NCBI GenBank assembly: GCA_048886685.1
Contig: JBHLKM010000020.1
Coordinates: 1 to 64,000, forward strand
Direction of reading: 5' to 3'
Source: Candidatus Hodarchaeota archaeon
Lineage (GTDB): Archaea; Asgardarchaeota; Lokiarchaeia; Sigyniarchaeales; SOKP01
Length of the DNA stretch: 64,000 bases
Part shown: positions 18,778 to 29,477 of the stretch, piece by piece
Layout: each line of letters opens with the position of its first letter
Position numbering within the stretch: the stretch's first letter is position 1
Translations under genes and position numbers: made by a program
Notes under the pieces: model-generated
Seen by the model: the letters and a program-made list of their open reading frames with translations, nothing else
The model's database searches: none
What the model was told of the DNA's origin: nothing

Positions 18778-20325
18778 TTAGGTATAAATATGTGCAAAAG
18801 TTTCTATTGATTTATTAATATCCATAGATAAGTAATTCTCTTTAAACACCGTAGCAAAAAATGCTCTATCGATAGGATCAAAATACTTATACCCAAACTT
18901 TTTCCATTCCATGTTTGATTGTAATGGTGCAAAAATAGAAATTTGGTCTTTTATTAGATCCATAAGCAAAATGTTTTTCTCTTGTTTTTTTGTATTTGAT
19001 AAAACGGTTAGTAGAACGTCATTTGTAAAAGTCGCCCAAGAATCCTTAAATTGTAAACACAACTTTTTTATATCAATTTTATTATCCACAATCGTTTTGG
19101 CAATAGTATCTATAGCGATTTTATATGTACTTTCTTTATTAGTTTTAAACATGGGATTAGAAATGGTTAAACTTGGTGGATTTTTTAAATCTTTTTGATT
19201 TTGAGGTATACTATATTCCGGTAAGACTTTTAACTGGTTTAATCCGAGGATATTTTTTACATCTTGTATGGTTCCACCAGTGTCGAAAAATTGTTTGTTT
19301 ATAATATACTTCATTAATTTCTGAGAATGAACATCACCAAAATAGGGGTAATCACTGGCATAAAGTAGATACTCGGACCATATTCGGTTATCCACTCTTT
19401 CCTTATTATTATTTTTAAACCATTTTCGGAAACTTTCGAAAAAATTACCCGCTCCAGCACCATGTAACATTGAGAGATCTCCATACGTATTTGGTTGAAC
19501 TATTGCATTGTAAACCTCGTAATCATCAATATTTCCTTGAGCAAAATGAGCTATAATTATTTTAAGATGAGGTAATAAATCAGGATATTGTGTTTTTAAC
19601 ACATTTCTTGTTTGTTCAATCAATTGCGCAATTTGTAATATTGAACCTCTACCTCGTGTGTCAAATATTACGGGCATAGAAAATGATGCTGCTTCTATTA
19701 AGACTTGAATTGCCTTTTGTGAATTAATTTTATCAATCCAACCTTCTGAACGTGGATGCAGTTTTAATCCTCGAAGTCCCAGTTCTTCCCTTGCATATCT
19801 CACTTCATTGACCGCCTTCTCTCCTTCCATAGGATCACAGCGACCATATCCAATCAATTTCATGGAAAAGGGGAATCTGGTAGTAAAACGCGAAACATTA
19901 ATATTGCTTGCTCGATATAGCGCTTCTGGACGCTTATCGCGAAACACATCTTGAAAAGGAAAGCAAACACCTTGGTCAATCATAGAATAAAATTTTGATT
20001 TCTCTTTTAAATCAGAGTGCTTCTTTCCAAGCTTTTCCAAGGCGCTATATAATTTATCTGTAAAGGGAAAAGGGGTAAAAGACCAGGAGATTTTAGTGTT
20101 TTTTCCATCCATGAAGGTGGAAAATGATTGTTCTCCAGTTTTTTCCCAATCTGCCTTAATCCGCCCTTGGAGATTCCCCCAGAAGTCAAAGGTACCTACT
20201 CCTGGAGCTAATGGGTTCATCATTGTTGCTCCGTCTACGTCTTGACCAAGATGTGAGTGAGCATCAATAATAAATATGTGTTCATCCCATTTTTTTCCAT
20301 TTTGCTCTATTGTAGCTGTTAACAT
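18778..20325 (-). CDS. Amidohydrolase family (TIM-barrel metallohydrolase) protein with C-terminal extension
   Basis: IIDAHSHLG, RGLKLHP, IIIAH and LLYASDYPY motifs. Confidence 0.85.
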   Translation of the reverse strand: MLTATIEQNGKKWDEHIFIIDAHSHLGQDVDGATMMNPLAPGVGTFDFWGNLQGRIKADWEKTGEQSFSTFMDGKNTKISWSFTPFPFTDKLYSALEKLGKKHSDLKEKSKFYSMIDQGVCFPFQDVFRDKRPEALYRASNINVSRFTTRFPFSMKLIGYGRCDPMEGEKAVNEVRYAREELGLRGLKLHPRSEGWIDKINSQKAIQVLIEAASFSMPVIFDTRGRGSILQIAQLIEQTRNVLKTQYPDLLPHLKIIIAHFAQGNIDDYEVYNAIVQPNTYGDLSMLHGAGAGNFFESFRKWFKNNNKERVDNRIWSEYLLYASDYPYFGDVHSQKLMKYIINKQFFDTGGTIQDVKNILGLNQLKVLPEYSIPQNQKDLKNPPSLTISNPMFKTNKESTYKIAIDTIAKTIVDNKIDIKKLCLQFKDSWATFTNDVLLTVLSNTKKQEKNILLMDLIKDQISIFAPLQSNMEWKKFGYKYFDPIDRAFFATVFKENYLSMDINKSIETFAHIYT

Positions 20326-20355
20326 AAATAATACCCATAATTTTATCTTGTCATT

Positions 20356-22029
20356 TTATTCTCTTATCTCTTTAGGAAGTGTTAAAACTCCTGTAAGAGG
20401 ATTATTTAGTGGGTCCTGACAATATTGAATTGTAAAATAAATTAGATCGTATAAAATACTTGGATCTTCCCCATTGTTTAATTTATATTGATAAAGACTT
20501 AATTGGTATTCTGCTTCTGTTATTGGCGGTTCGGCATAGCTTACACTCCCGAATACGGATTGGAGTATAGGCTTTAGAAAAGGGCTGTAGAGGAAGCCTA
20601 ATTCCTTCAACTCTTCTTTTAAATAAAAGAACATTCGCTGCACAGCTTGTGTCATATAACGCACAGGTTGACCCTTTGGTCCTAAGTATTGTTCAGCAAA
20701 TTCTGAATCGTATTGAGCTAGTTTATCATGAGTAAGATCTGCAGCAGGACGGAATAAAGAGATTAAACCACGTTCTATTGCTGCTTCACGATTTTGAGCA
20801 ATTGTCGTACTTCCTGCATCTGGAACCCATTTACCTTTTTGAAGTAATTTTTTTGCTTTGTAACAAAGAGTTTGAATCAGTAAAGCTATACCAATTCGAC
20901 GACAGATGGAAATTTGAGCGTCGCTTATCCTGACTTCGATAGTCCCCCAGTCAGTGAAAGGAAATACATCCTGAAAGCGTCCATCCTCTAAGCTTGCCTT
21001 TTGAACGACTTGAAGAAAATAGTTCTGTGAGTTTTGGTCTGTATTAGTAAGGTATGGGATAAAATGATTAGGATCATTATTACTCAGCATGGTAGTATTA
21101 CTCTTAAGCCGGAGAGAACGAGTGCAGTTAGGAGAGGTAATCCGTCCATTAATTACCTTTACCACATCGGTCGGTTTATTATTTAAAATTGGTGAATTAC
21201 AAGTTAGAGCAATAAGATGTGGAATAAAATTACGAATCATGCAGTAAGCCTGAACTTTTTCTAAATCTGATTCAAAAGTGCCTATATGAGAATGATCGGC
21301 CTGAGATACTCCTCGCATATACTCTCTAGATGCTGGATTTATGGCGGAAGCGATTATATGTAAATCTTTCGGCAAAGTTGCTTTTGCTAATAAAAATAAA
21401 GTACTTGCCCAATATGCTAATTCCTCAACATAAATGCATGGGGGCGTTACAAGCTCTAATATATAGGTGATCGCCGTAACATTTCCATCTCTAGCAAACG
21501 TATCAATATCCACATAAGATCCATTAGGCAATTGGTATCGTATATCCATAGCATAACCCTTTTCAAGGTCATCAACTCCCCAAGGTCTAGCAAGGACTTT
21601 TTGCCTAATATAATCTGGTATAGGGAGAAAATCGCTTCGACCTTCATAAAGAATCTCATCCATAATTTGAATAGCATCTTTGACTATTTCCTTCATCCGA
21701 AAAACCATTTCATCTCCAGGTGGATAATCTCCATTGTCATCTGCTATGATTAATTCCATTTCTATACCATGAGTGTAGGGTAGTGGAGTCCAATGCTCGA
21801 TGTCGTGTAACATTTCAGCCCAAGGTCTTTCTGGTATATGTACCTCTTTATATTCAGTTCCCAAAAACAGTTTATCTGCACTTCTATCAATAGATTGACC
21901 CAAAGTGACTCCTATGGATGCTGCTGCTTTTGATTTACTCTTCCCCTTTTGAGTCATTAATTGGGATAAAGTACTGTTTTCATGTTTTGTTTTCTTTTTC
22001 TTTTCTTTCTTTTTCTTATCCTTTGCCAT
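20356..22029 (-). CDS. Glutamate-cysteine ligase family 2 (GCS2)-like carboxylate-amine ligase
   Basis: THGIEMELII, LELVTPPC, HSHIG, IALTCNSP and GTIEVRISDAQ motifs. Confidence 0.8.
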   Translation of the reverse strand: MAKDKKKKEKKKKTKHENSTLSQLMTQKGKSKSKAAASIGVTLGQSIDRSADKLFLGTEYKEVHIPERPWAEMLHDIEHWTPLPYTHGIEMELIIADDNGDYPPGDEMVFRMKEIVKDAIQIMDEILYEGRSDFLPIPDYIRQKVLARPWGVDDLEKGYAMDIRYQLPNGSYVDIDTFARDGNVTAITYILELVTPPCIYVEELAYWASTLFLLAKATLPKDLHIIASAINPASREYMRGVSQADHSHIGTFESDLEKVQAYCMIRNFIPHLIALTCNSPILNNKPTDVVKVINGRITSPNCTRSLRLKSNTTMLSNNDPNHFIPYLTNTDQNSQNYFLQVVQKASLEDGRFQDVFPFTDWGTIEVRISDAQISICRRIGIALLIQTLCYKAKKLLQKGKWVPDAGSTTIAQNREAAIERGLISLFRPAADLTHDKLAQYDSEFAEQYLGPKGQPVRYMTQAVQRMFFYLKEELKELGFLYSPFLKPILQSVFGSVSYAEPPITEAEYQLSLYQYKLNNGEDPSILYDLIYFTIQYCQDPLNNPLTGVLTLPKEIRE

Positions 22030-22110
22030 TAAGGTTTCCCCTGTTTTTCCACATTAATAATATCTAAATAATAAAATGTTATTATATAATTTTGCTTGGT
22101 TACTAATTTT

Positions 22111-23883
22111 TTAGAATAAAGATTGTATAAATGCCATAAACGTGTTATAATCGTTTATGAATTCATAAGATAAAATTAAGTTAAATATCTCACATTTATT
22201 TGGTGGAATTATACTCTTTAGATTGTCATAAATCTTGCCACCCTTAAACATGGAATCATCAATAATCAAATTAACAGTATCTCCAAGTTTTTCTATTTTA
22301 TATTTTAAATTATTGTTTAATTGGGAATCAGATGATAAAATAATAGTTGGTTTTCCTAAATAGGGAATGAAATCTAGGTTAAAGATAAGTAGCTGGCTCG
22401 TGATATTAGTAAAATTGTTAAAAAATTGGCTTAATGTCTTCTGGAGTACTGCTATCTCATCATTCTGAAAATTTTTTGCAGAAGGGAATATATAATATCC
22501 AATTGATTTCTTATGATTAAATTTTAGGTCATTATATACACGATCAATAAATGGAAAAATACTAAAATCAAAACTAAATAGAGAGAGGAAAGCTAATTTA
22601 AAATTATAATCTCCTGAAAGAATATTATTGCTTACATTTCCACCAATACTACTAAAGCTTTTAATTTCACTATTTATATTTGAAACATACGTATTAAGTA
22701 GAAAATATTGAGAAAATACTAAATCAGATTCTATTTTTGTTCTTACCTCTTCCACAAGTTCATAGATTATGTCAAATAGATCTTTTTTTATTCTTTCCTT
22801 AAGCGGTGGGTTGCTTATTCCTTCAATAACAATATTAGCTGCTCCCGGATTTTCAACCTCAGCTATTCCATCTATCGCATCCTTAAGAGAAGAATAGATA
22901 AATTTTTGGTCTTTTTTCTCTTCACTATTGATTTCTGGTGATTTTAGGAGAACTTCAATAATCTTTTTAAGAATTGTAAGTAATTCAGATGAATTGTTGT
23001 TATTATATAATTCTTTTGCAATGTTGAATAATAATTTAACTTTTTCAGATAAGTTAGTAATACTTTCAGTCATATTGAATACTTGAATTGGATTGGAAAC
23101 TATCTGATCATAAATTACAGCTTTTAAAAGAGTTTGTTGGAGATTTAAATCATTCAAGTTTTTAATGACCTGAAATGTTTCTGTAATATTTTTCGTTGCA
23201 TACGCTCTTATTAGATTACCATAGAATTTGACCTTTTCATTAGGATCTTTTAATTCTAAGGCTAATCCTAAAGACATCTTTATATTATTATTTGAGAGGT
23301 ATCCTTTAGCCAATTCTTTTATAGTTTTATCAATTGCGTCAATTGAGACCCTTGTAAATGTTTTAGTACTGGTTGAATTTGAGGATAAAGTTGATTCATA
23401 ATTCTTTGTCATTAACGCTAATTGTTCTTCGACTTTCTGCAACTCGGATAATGTCATAGTAATGAGAAAATCATTTGGGTTTATCGTATCAATTTTTTCT
23501 GCACCTTTAAAACCATAGCGATCGAAAATCTTATGAATTTTACTTTTTGGTGTTACCTCTCTAACTTTTTGCACTTTAACTGTATATTGTATAATTTTTA
23601 GCCAATAAACGTTTATGATTAATTTTCCAAAACCACCTGCGGTTGGATTTAACCTTATATCAATATTTTTGGTTTCCTTTGGTGCAATTTCAATTTGATC
23701 TTTTAAATCTGCAGAGTTTAAATTAATATCTAGATTTTCTCCTTCAAAGACAAACTTAAAATTCTCCTTTTTATCTGAGTTATTGATTACTTGAAGCGAG
23801 ACATCATTTTCCATATCAGGAATTAAAAGGTTCTGTGGAAATTTTGTGATGGTTAATGAAATGATGTTAGAAGAATTTGACAT
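22111..23883 (-). CDS. Hypothetical protein (Ig-like N-terminus, helical-repeat middle region)
   Basis: 590-aa ORF; beta-sandwich-like N-terminus (VSLQVINNSDK...IAPKETKNIDIRL), helical centre. Confidence 0.5.
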   Translation of the reverse strand: MSNSSNIISLTITKFPQNLLIPDMENDVSLQVINNSDKKENFKFVFEGENLDINLNSADLKDQIEIAPKETKNIDIRLNPTAGGFGKLIINVYWLKIIQYTVKVQKVREVTPKSKIHKIFDRYGFKGAEKIDTINPNDFLITMTLSELQKVEEQLALMTKNYESTLSSNSTSTKTFTRVSIDAIDKTIKELAKGYLSNNNIKMSLGLALELKDPNEKVKFYGNLIRAYATKNITETFQVIKNLNDLNLQQTLLKAVIYDQIVSNPIQVFNMTESITNLSEKVKLLFNIAKELYNNNNSSELLTILKKIIEVLLKSPEINSEEKKDQKFIYSSLKDAIDGIAEVENPGAANIVIEGISNPPLKERIKKDLFDIIYELVEEVRTKIESDLVFSQYFLLNTYVSNINSEIKSFSSIGGNVSNNILSGDYNFKLAFLSLFSFDFSIFPFIDRVYNDLKFNHKKSIGYYIFPSAKNFQNDEIAVLQKTLSQFFNNFTNITSQLLIFNLDFIPYLGKPTIILSSDSQLNNNLKYKIEKLGDTVNLIIDDSMFKGGKIYDNLKSIIPPNKCEIFNLILSYEFINDYNTFMAFIQSLF

Positions 23884-23992
23884 ATTATAAAACTATATAA
23901 AGTCTCTTTTAATAATGAATGATCTTCATGATATTTATTTTTAGGTTTAAACTAAAATGAAAGGATTAAGATGAAAATGACCCCTTACTCAC

Positions 23993-24745
23993 TCATTTTC
24001 CCATACGTCTACTTCTTTTTGTATAATCAAATAAGTCCTGAATTACCATCTCTTTATTATAATCTGGCCATAATTCATTTCTAAATTTGAATTCAGCGTA
24101 AGAGGAATCCCAAAGTAAAAATCCTGAAATCCTAGCCCCATCATTCATTCCTGTTCTTATAACATAATCTAATGGAGGAAAATTCCTTGTATATAAATAA
24201 TTTTTTATTAATTTGGCATCGATTTTTTCAGGTTCAATTCCATCTTTGATTATTTTTTTTACAGCATCCACAATTTCTTCATGACCATCATACATAATAC
24301 AGAGATTTATAAAATTTTGGTCGTGATCCTTAGTAAAATCTATTAAATGCTGGATTTTCTCCTTCGCATTAGGAGGGAGCAAAGACAATCTCCCTACAAT
24401 ATCGAATCTCACCTTTTCATCTTTAACAATTGACTCATTTACTACAGTATCTACCGCCTTAATCATTAATTTATAGATGTAATCAAGCTCTTCAGGACTT
24501 CTCTTTCTCAAATTTTCATAAGATAAAATATATAGGCTTAAATAATGGATACCCGCCTCAAAGAAATCAAACAATCTTTTTTTAAGGTTTTCATATCCAA
24601 CTAAATGACCAAAATTGATATCAAGATTTCTATTTTTAGCCCATCGACGATTTCCATCGATTATTAAACCAACATGTTTAGGTAATTTATCTTTAACTGC
24701 TTCCTTTAACTCTTCTAGAGTAGAAACCATTTGACTAATTTGCAC
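23993..24745 (-). CDS. uppS: cis-prenyltransferase (undecaprenyl/dolichyl diphosphate synthase)
   Basis: PKHVGLIIDGNRRWA, LSYENLRKR, DYVIRTG..RISGFLLW and RRMGK C-terminal motifs. Confidence 0.93.
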   Translation of the reverse strand: MQISQMVSTLEELKEAVKDKLPKHVGLIIDGNRRWAKNRNLDINFGHLVGYENLKKRLFDFFEAGIHYLSLYILSYENLRKRSPEELDYIYKLMIKAVDTVVNESIVKDEKVRFDIVGRLSLLPPNAKEKIQHLIDFTKDHDQNFINLCIMYDGHEEIVDAVKKIIKDGIEPEKIDAKLIKNYLYTRNFPPLDYVIRTGMNDGARISGFLLWDSSYAEFKFRNELWPDYNKEMVIQDLFDYTKRSRRMGK

Positions 24746-24992
24746 AGTTTTTCAGTTTTAATATTAATATTAATCTTAAAAGTATTAAATCTATCGTAAT
24801 AGTTAAAATTTCACTTTTCACACTAATAAGAATTTGAATTGTTGAGAATATTGCTAATAGTCAAACGTTTAAATAGTCATTTTCCCTAAAACATTTAATT
24901 AAACAAAAAAAGATTTAATTGATCAAAAATTAGATAATAAATACCGACTGCTATTGTTAAATCTTATTCTAGATACTCGAGAGATACAAAAA

Positions 24993-26627
24993 ATGCTTTC
25001 TGACGATCATCTGTTTACTAATATTGGAATTGACTCGGTTGGCTTCTACGCACCGATACATTTCGTTAAACTAGAAGAACTTGCATTGGAAAGAGGTGTG
25101 GATCCTGCAAAATATTCTAAGGGTCTTTTATCTAAAGAAATGCGAATTGTTGATGTTGACGAAGATATAATCTCTTTAGGTCTCAAAGCAGGATATAATG
25201 CTCTACAAAGAGGAAACATCTCTCCTAAGAGTATAGATGCTTTATTCGTAGGAACAGAAACCGAGGTATATGCTGCTAAAAGCATTTCTAATATTTTTGC
25301 TGAAATGTTGAGAATATCACCCAATAGTCTGACAATGGATACATATAACGCCTGCGCTGGTGGTACGCTAGCAATTCTTAATGCAATCGCAATGATTGAA
25401 AAGGAAATTATAAATAAAGCTCTTATTATAAGTGCGGACATATCTCGATATCATTTAGGCTCCCCTGGTGAACCTACACAAGGTTCAGGTGCGATTGGAC
25501 TCATCATCTCGAAAAATCCTAGGATTGCAGCTTTTAGTCAGAAATTCGGAAAAATCTCTGGAAATGTAAATGATTTTTTTAGACCTGCGAATGAAATAAA
25601 TGCGAAAGCTTTTGGAACCTATTCTCAAGACGCTTATATTGACTTTCAGTTGAAAGCTTATGACGACTTAATTAACAATATTGGAGATTTTCATGCGGAT
25701 TTTTATGCTTTCCATGCCCCATTCTCCAAATTACCTATAAAAATTATGCAACAAATCATTCTAAAACGCTGGATCAAACATATTAGCGATTTACCTAAAT
25801 TTGAACGTAATCATTTTAGATCATCAATACTGAAAAAAATTGATTCTTTCTTACATGATGTTACTGTTTTACCAGAATATCTTTATTTAAAGCTTAATGA
25901 AAGAGGTTTTTCATCATCAACCTTAGAAAGACTTTCACAATGGGTGAATACCAATATAAAAGCAAGGGTGTTCCCTCAATTACGAGTACCTTCGCACTTT
26001 GGCAATATGTACAACGCTGCAGTTTGGGCGCAAATTATATATTTAATTGAGAATCATGCTCATGTTAATGATATAATTTATTTTGGATCATATGGTTCAG
26101 GAGCTACCTGTATTTCAGGATTGCTTAAAGTCCAAGAAAGATTCAAAGAAGTGGTTAAGCAAAGACCTCAAATTAATGATTTTATTCATTTAAAGAAAAA
26201 GAAAAGCGTTTTAGAATATGAATTAATCAAAAATGGTGATGTGAAGCCAATAATATTAGTGGGAAAAATTGTTGAACACCAATTAAATAATAAGAGGGGT
26301 TTTACTCTTCATTTTTGTGATGAAGGTTGTATAATTCCAAATATTAATGGTCTAAACCATTGTCCTAAGGGACATACAGGATTTCATAAACGTTTTTTTC
26401 CCTTATTTGCAAAATTAACATCTGAACCAGTTGCTCAAAATGAATTTGATGATCTAAGATACCTAAAAAAGGGATTAGTAAGGGTTGCAGGCAATGTAAG
26501 CAAAGGTAATGCTCTAGAATACGAGATAAGGAGAGTAGAAACTGAGAATGAACAAAATTTTAATGCTAGAGGCTTACTTAATTGGTCTCCTATTTATATA
26601 GCAATTCCTGAACATCACATTTATTGA
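24993..26627 (+). CDS. mvaS: HMG-CoA synthase (MvaS-like) with C-terminal DUF35-like Zn-ribbon/OB extension
   Basis: IGIDSVGFYAP, GTET, NAC (catalytic Cys), GEPTQGSGA, FHAPF, GNMY and SYGSG motifs; extra C-terminal CDEGC...CPKGH region. Confidence 0.88.
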   Translation: MLSDDHLFTNIGIDSVGFYAPIHFVKLEELALERGVDPAKYSKGLLSKEMRIVDVDEDIISLGLKAGYNALQRGNISPKSIDALFVGTETEVYAAKSISNIFAEMLRISPNSLTMDTYNACAGGTLAILNAIAMIEKEIINKALIISADISRYHLGSPGEPTQGSGAIGLIISKNPRIAAFSQKFGKISGNVNDFFRPANEINAKAFGTYSQDAYIDFQLKAYDDLINNIGDFHADFYAFHAPFSKLPIKIMQQIILKRWIKHISDLPKFERNHFRSSILKKIDSFLHDVTVLPEYLYLKLNERGFSSSTLERLSQWVNTNIKARVFPQLRVPSHFGNMYNAAVWAQIIYLIENHAHVNDIIYFGSYGSGATCISGLLKVQERFKEVVKQRPQINDFIHLKKKKSVLEYELIKNGDVKPIILVGKIVEHQLNNKRGFTLHFCDEGCIIPNINGLNHCPKGHTGFHKRFFPLFAKLTSEPVAQNEFDDLRYLKKGLVRVAGNVSKGNALEYEIRRVETENEQNFNARGLLNWSPIYIAIPEHHIY

Positions 26628-26787
26628 TTTTATTTTTAATACATTTTTGAAGACTCCAACTATCATTTAAATTATAGAATAATTCGAGATCTCCCTCAAT
26701 CTCACAGGTATGCTCAATCTTAAAGGATAAGACAAGTTTGAAAGGATTTAGAAAAGTTTATTAATTTTTTGACGTGAGAATTATATT

Positions 26788-28068
26788 ATGAAAGAAATAC
26801 GTTCGGATATCTCTGGTTTTTATAAATTATCATTTGAAGAACGTCAACAAAAAATCTCAAAAATGATTAACCTTTCAGAAGACGAAGTTAATATTTTAAA
26901 AAATTTAGGATATTTAACTCCTAGTCAAATTGATACGTTAATCGAAAATGTCATTGGAAGTTATCAATTACCATTTGGTTTAGCTTTCAATTTTAAAATA
27001 AACAATAAGGATTATATTATACCGATGGTTATTGAAGAACCTTCAGTTGTGGCAGCAGCTTCGAATGCAGCTAGATTTGCTAGAAAACATGGAGGGTTTT
27101 TCTCAGAAAATGTAAAACCAGTTATGATTTCACAGATCCAGATAACGCAAATGAAAGATATTGAGTATGCGAAAAATCAAATTTTCGAAAATAAAGACCA
27201 GATTTTAAAAATCGCAAATGAACAAGATCCTTTATTAAATGAATTAGGTGGTGGTGCACTTGATCTTGAAATCCGGGAATTAGATACCAGAAGGGGTAAG
27301 ATGCTCATAATACATTTATTAGTTAATGTTTTAGATGCTATGGGTGCCAATGTAGTTAACACAATGGCAGAAGCGGTAAGTCCTTATATTGAAGAAATAA
27401 CTGAAGGAAAAATCTATCTACGTATTTTATCGAATCTTGCTACTCATCGAATTGCTAAAAGTAAAGCTACTTTTGATAAAGATTTGCTAGGTGGCTCAGA
27501 AGTGGTTGAGGGGATATTAAATGCTTATGAATTTGCATTAGCTGATCCATATCGTGCGACCACCCATAATAAAGGAATAATGAATGGTATTGTCGCCTTA
27601 ACACTAGCAACTGGAAACGACACTCGGGCTATAGAATCAGGTGCTCACGCATTTGCCTCTCTAAGTGGTAAATATTCTCCATTGACTAAATTTGAATTAG
27701 ATTCAAATGGAAATCTGGTTGGCGAAATTAAAGTTCCTCTTGCATTAGGAATTATTGGGGGAATGACAAAAATACATCCTATGGCACGATTAGCTTTGAA
27801 GATCTTAAATGTTAAAAGTGCTAACGAATTGTCACAGGTAGGTGCCGCACTTGGTTTAGCTCAAAACGTTGCAGCATTAAAAGCATTAGCCTCGGAGGGT
27901 ATTCAAAGAGGTCATATGGCACTACATTCTCGAAACATTGCAAAAATCGCTGGTGTGCCCGATGAGTTAATAGAAAGAGTTGCAAAAAAAATGATAGAGG
28001 ACAAGAAAATAAGGGTTGATTTTGCAAAAGAAATTTTAAAAAAAATAAATGAAGGTGAAAACCTTTAG
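26788..28068 (+). CDS. mvaA: HMG-CoA reductase, class II
   Basis: ENVIG, EEPSVVAA, DAMGANVVN, HNKGIMNG and GIQRGHMALH motifs. Confidence 0.95.
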   Translation: MKEIRSDISGFYKLSFEERQQKISKMINLSEDEVNILKNLGYLTPSQIDTLIENVIGSYQLPFGLAFNFKINNKDYIIPMVIEEPSVVAAASNAARFARKHGGFFSENVKPVMISQIQITQMKDIEYAKNQIFENKDQILKIANEQDPLLNELGGGALDLEIRELDTRRGKMLIIHLLVNVLDAMGANVVNTMAEAVSPYIEEITEGKIYLRILSNLATHRIAKSKATFDKDLLGGSEVVEGILNAYEFALADPYRATTHNKGIMNGIVALTLATGNDTRAIESGAHAFASLSGKYSPLTKFELDSNGNLVGEIKVPLALGIIGGMTKIHPMARLALKILNVKSANELSQVGAALGLAQNVAALKALASEGIQRGHMALHSRNIAKIAGVPDELIERVAKKMIEDKKIRVDFAKEILKKINEGENL

Positions 28069-28149
28069 TTTTATAAAAAGTGGTTCTGTAACTCCTCTAA
28101 GAAAAATCACTATTGTTATTCATATTATCAAGATAAATATCTATGGAAG

Positions 28150-29460
28150 ATGATTTTTATGGAATTTAGAGAATATATAGGTAAAATTGATAAGGAAGGA
28201 ATACTCATGAAGGTAGATGTGGAAGTTTCTAAAAAATTAGAAATTTCTGGAATTCTAAAGGAGATTGAACCGAATCCTGTAATATTTAATAATGTCAAAG
28301 AATCAGAATATCGTGTTGTTGGGAATGTTTTCTGTACTAAAAATGTAATTGCTTCATATTTTGGCGTGACTCCCGCAGACCTTATACCAATGCTTTCAAA
28401 AGCAATTGCAGAACGATCTGAACCAGAAATTGTGTCTAATGCTCCATGTCAAGAAGTAATCGAATCAAGTGTAGATTTAGATAAAATCCCTATTTTATTT
28501 CACTGTGAAAAAGATGGTGGAAACTATATTAGTTCTGCTGTTGTTGTAACAAGAGATCCTGATTATGGACAAAATCTTGATTTTCATAGAGCAATGCAAT
28601 ATTCTAAAGATAAATTCGCCACCCGAATAGTCAAAGGACGTCATTTCTATAAATTTTTAGAAAAAAATGGCGAGGTAGAAGTAGCTTTTTGTGTAGGTAA
28701 TACTCCTAACATTTTAATTGCTGGAGCTACTTCTGTTGATATTGGTGTTGATGAATTAACGATTGCTAATGCACTAGAACCAATCAAACTCGTAAAAGCA
28801 AACTCAGTAGATCTTATAATTCCAGCAGAAGCAGAATTTGTATTAGAGGGACGAGTATATTTTGAAGAAAGACACGTTGAGGGACCTTTCGTTGATCTAA
28901 CTGAGACATACGATGTAATTAGAGAGGAACCTATATTTGAAGTTAAAAAAATTACTCATAGAAAAGATGCGATTTGGCAAGCCTTATTGCCAGGGGCGCT
29001 TGAACATAAAATATTAATGGGTATGCCTAGGGAACCCACCATTTTCAATAAAGTAAACGAAGCAGGAGTTAAGTGTTTGGATGTTAACATTAGTCCCGGA
29101 GGTTCTTCTTGGTTACATGCTATAGTCCAAATTGATAAAAAATCAGAAGAAGATGGAAGAAAGGCAATAGAAGGAACTTTCGCGGGGCATACAAGTTGTA
29201 AACATGCTTTTATTGTTGATAAAGATATTAATATTTATGATCCCCTATCTGTAGAGTGGGCAATGGCAACTCGTTTTCAAGGAGATACTAAAATGATTAT
29301 CAAGGATAAAGAACCAGGAAGCAGTCTAGACCCAAGCGCTGAACCTGGAACAAAGATGACAACAAAGATTGGATTTGATTTAACCAAACCATTGGTTCCG
29401 AAAGGTAAAAGTTTTGATATAGCAGAATTTCCTAAAGTAGATGTGAATAAATACTTTTAA
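28150..29460 (+). CDS. UbiD-family decarboxylase, probably anhydromevalonate phosphate decarboxylase
   Basis: AEFVLEG, EGPFVD and SSLDPS motifs; located in the mevalonate operon next to the AcnX subunits. Confidence 0.88.
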   Translation: MIFMEFREYIGKIDKEGILMKVDVEVSKKLEISGILKEIEPNPVIFNNVKESEYRVVGNVFCTKNVIASYFGVTPADLIPMLSKAIAERSEPEIVSNAPCQEVIESSVDLDKIPILFHCEKDGGNYISSAVVVTRDPDYGQNLDFHRAMQYSKDKFATRIVKGRHFYKFLEKNGEVEVAFCVGNTPNILIAGATSVDIGVDELTIANALEPIKLVKANSVDLIIPAEAEFVLEGRVYFEERHVEGPFVDLTETYDVIREEPIFEVKKITHRKDAIWQALLPGALEHKILMGMPREPTIFNKVNEAGVKCLDVNISPGGSSWLHAIVQIDKKSEEDGRKAIEGTFAGHTSCKHAFIVDKDINIYDPLSVEWAMATRFQGDTKMIIKDKEPGSSLDPSAEPGTKMTTKIGFDLTKPLVPKGKSFDIAEFPKVDVNKYF

Positions 29461-29477
29461 TATGGTGATGGATTGAA

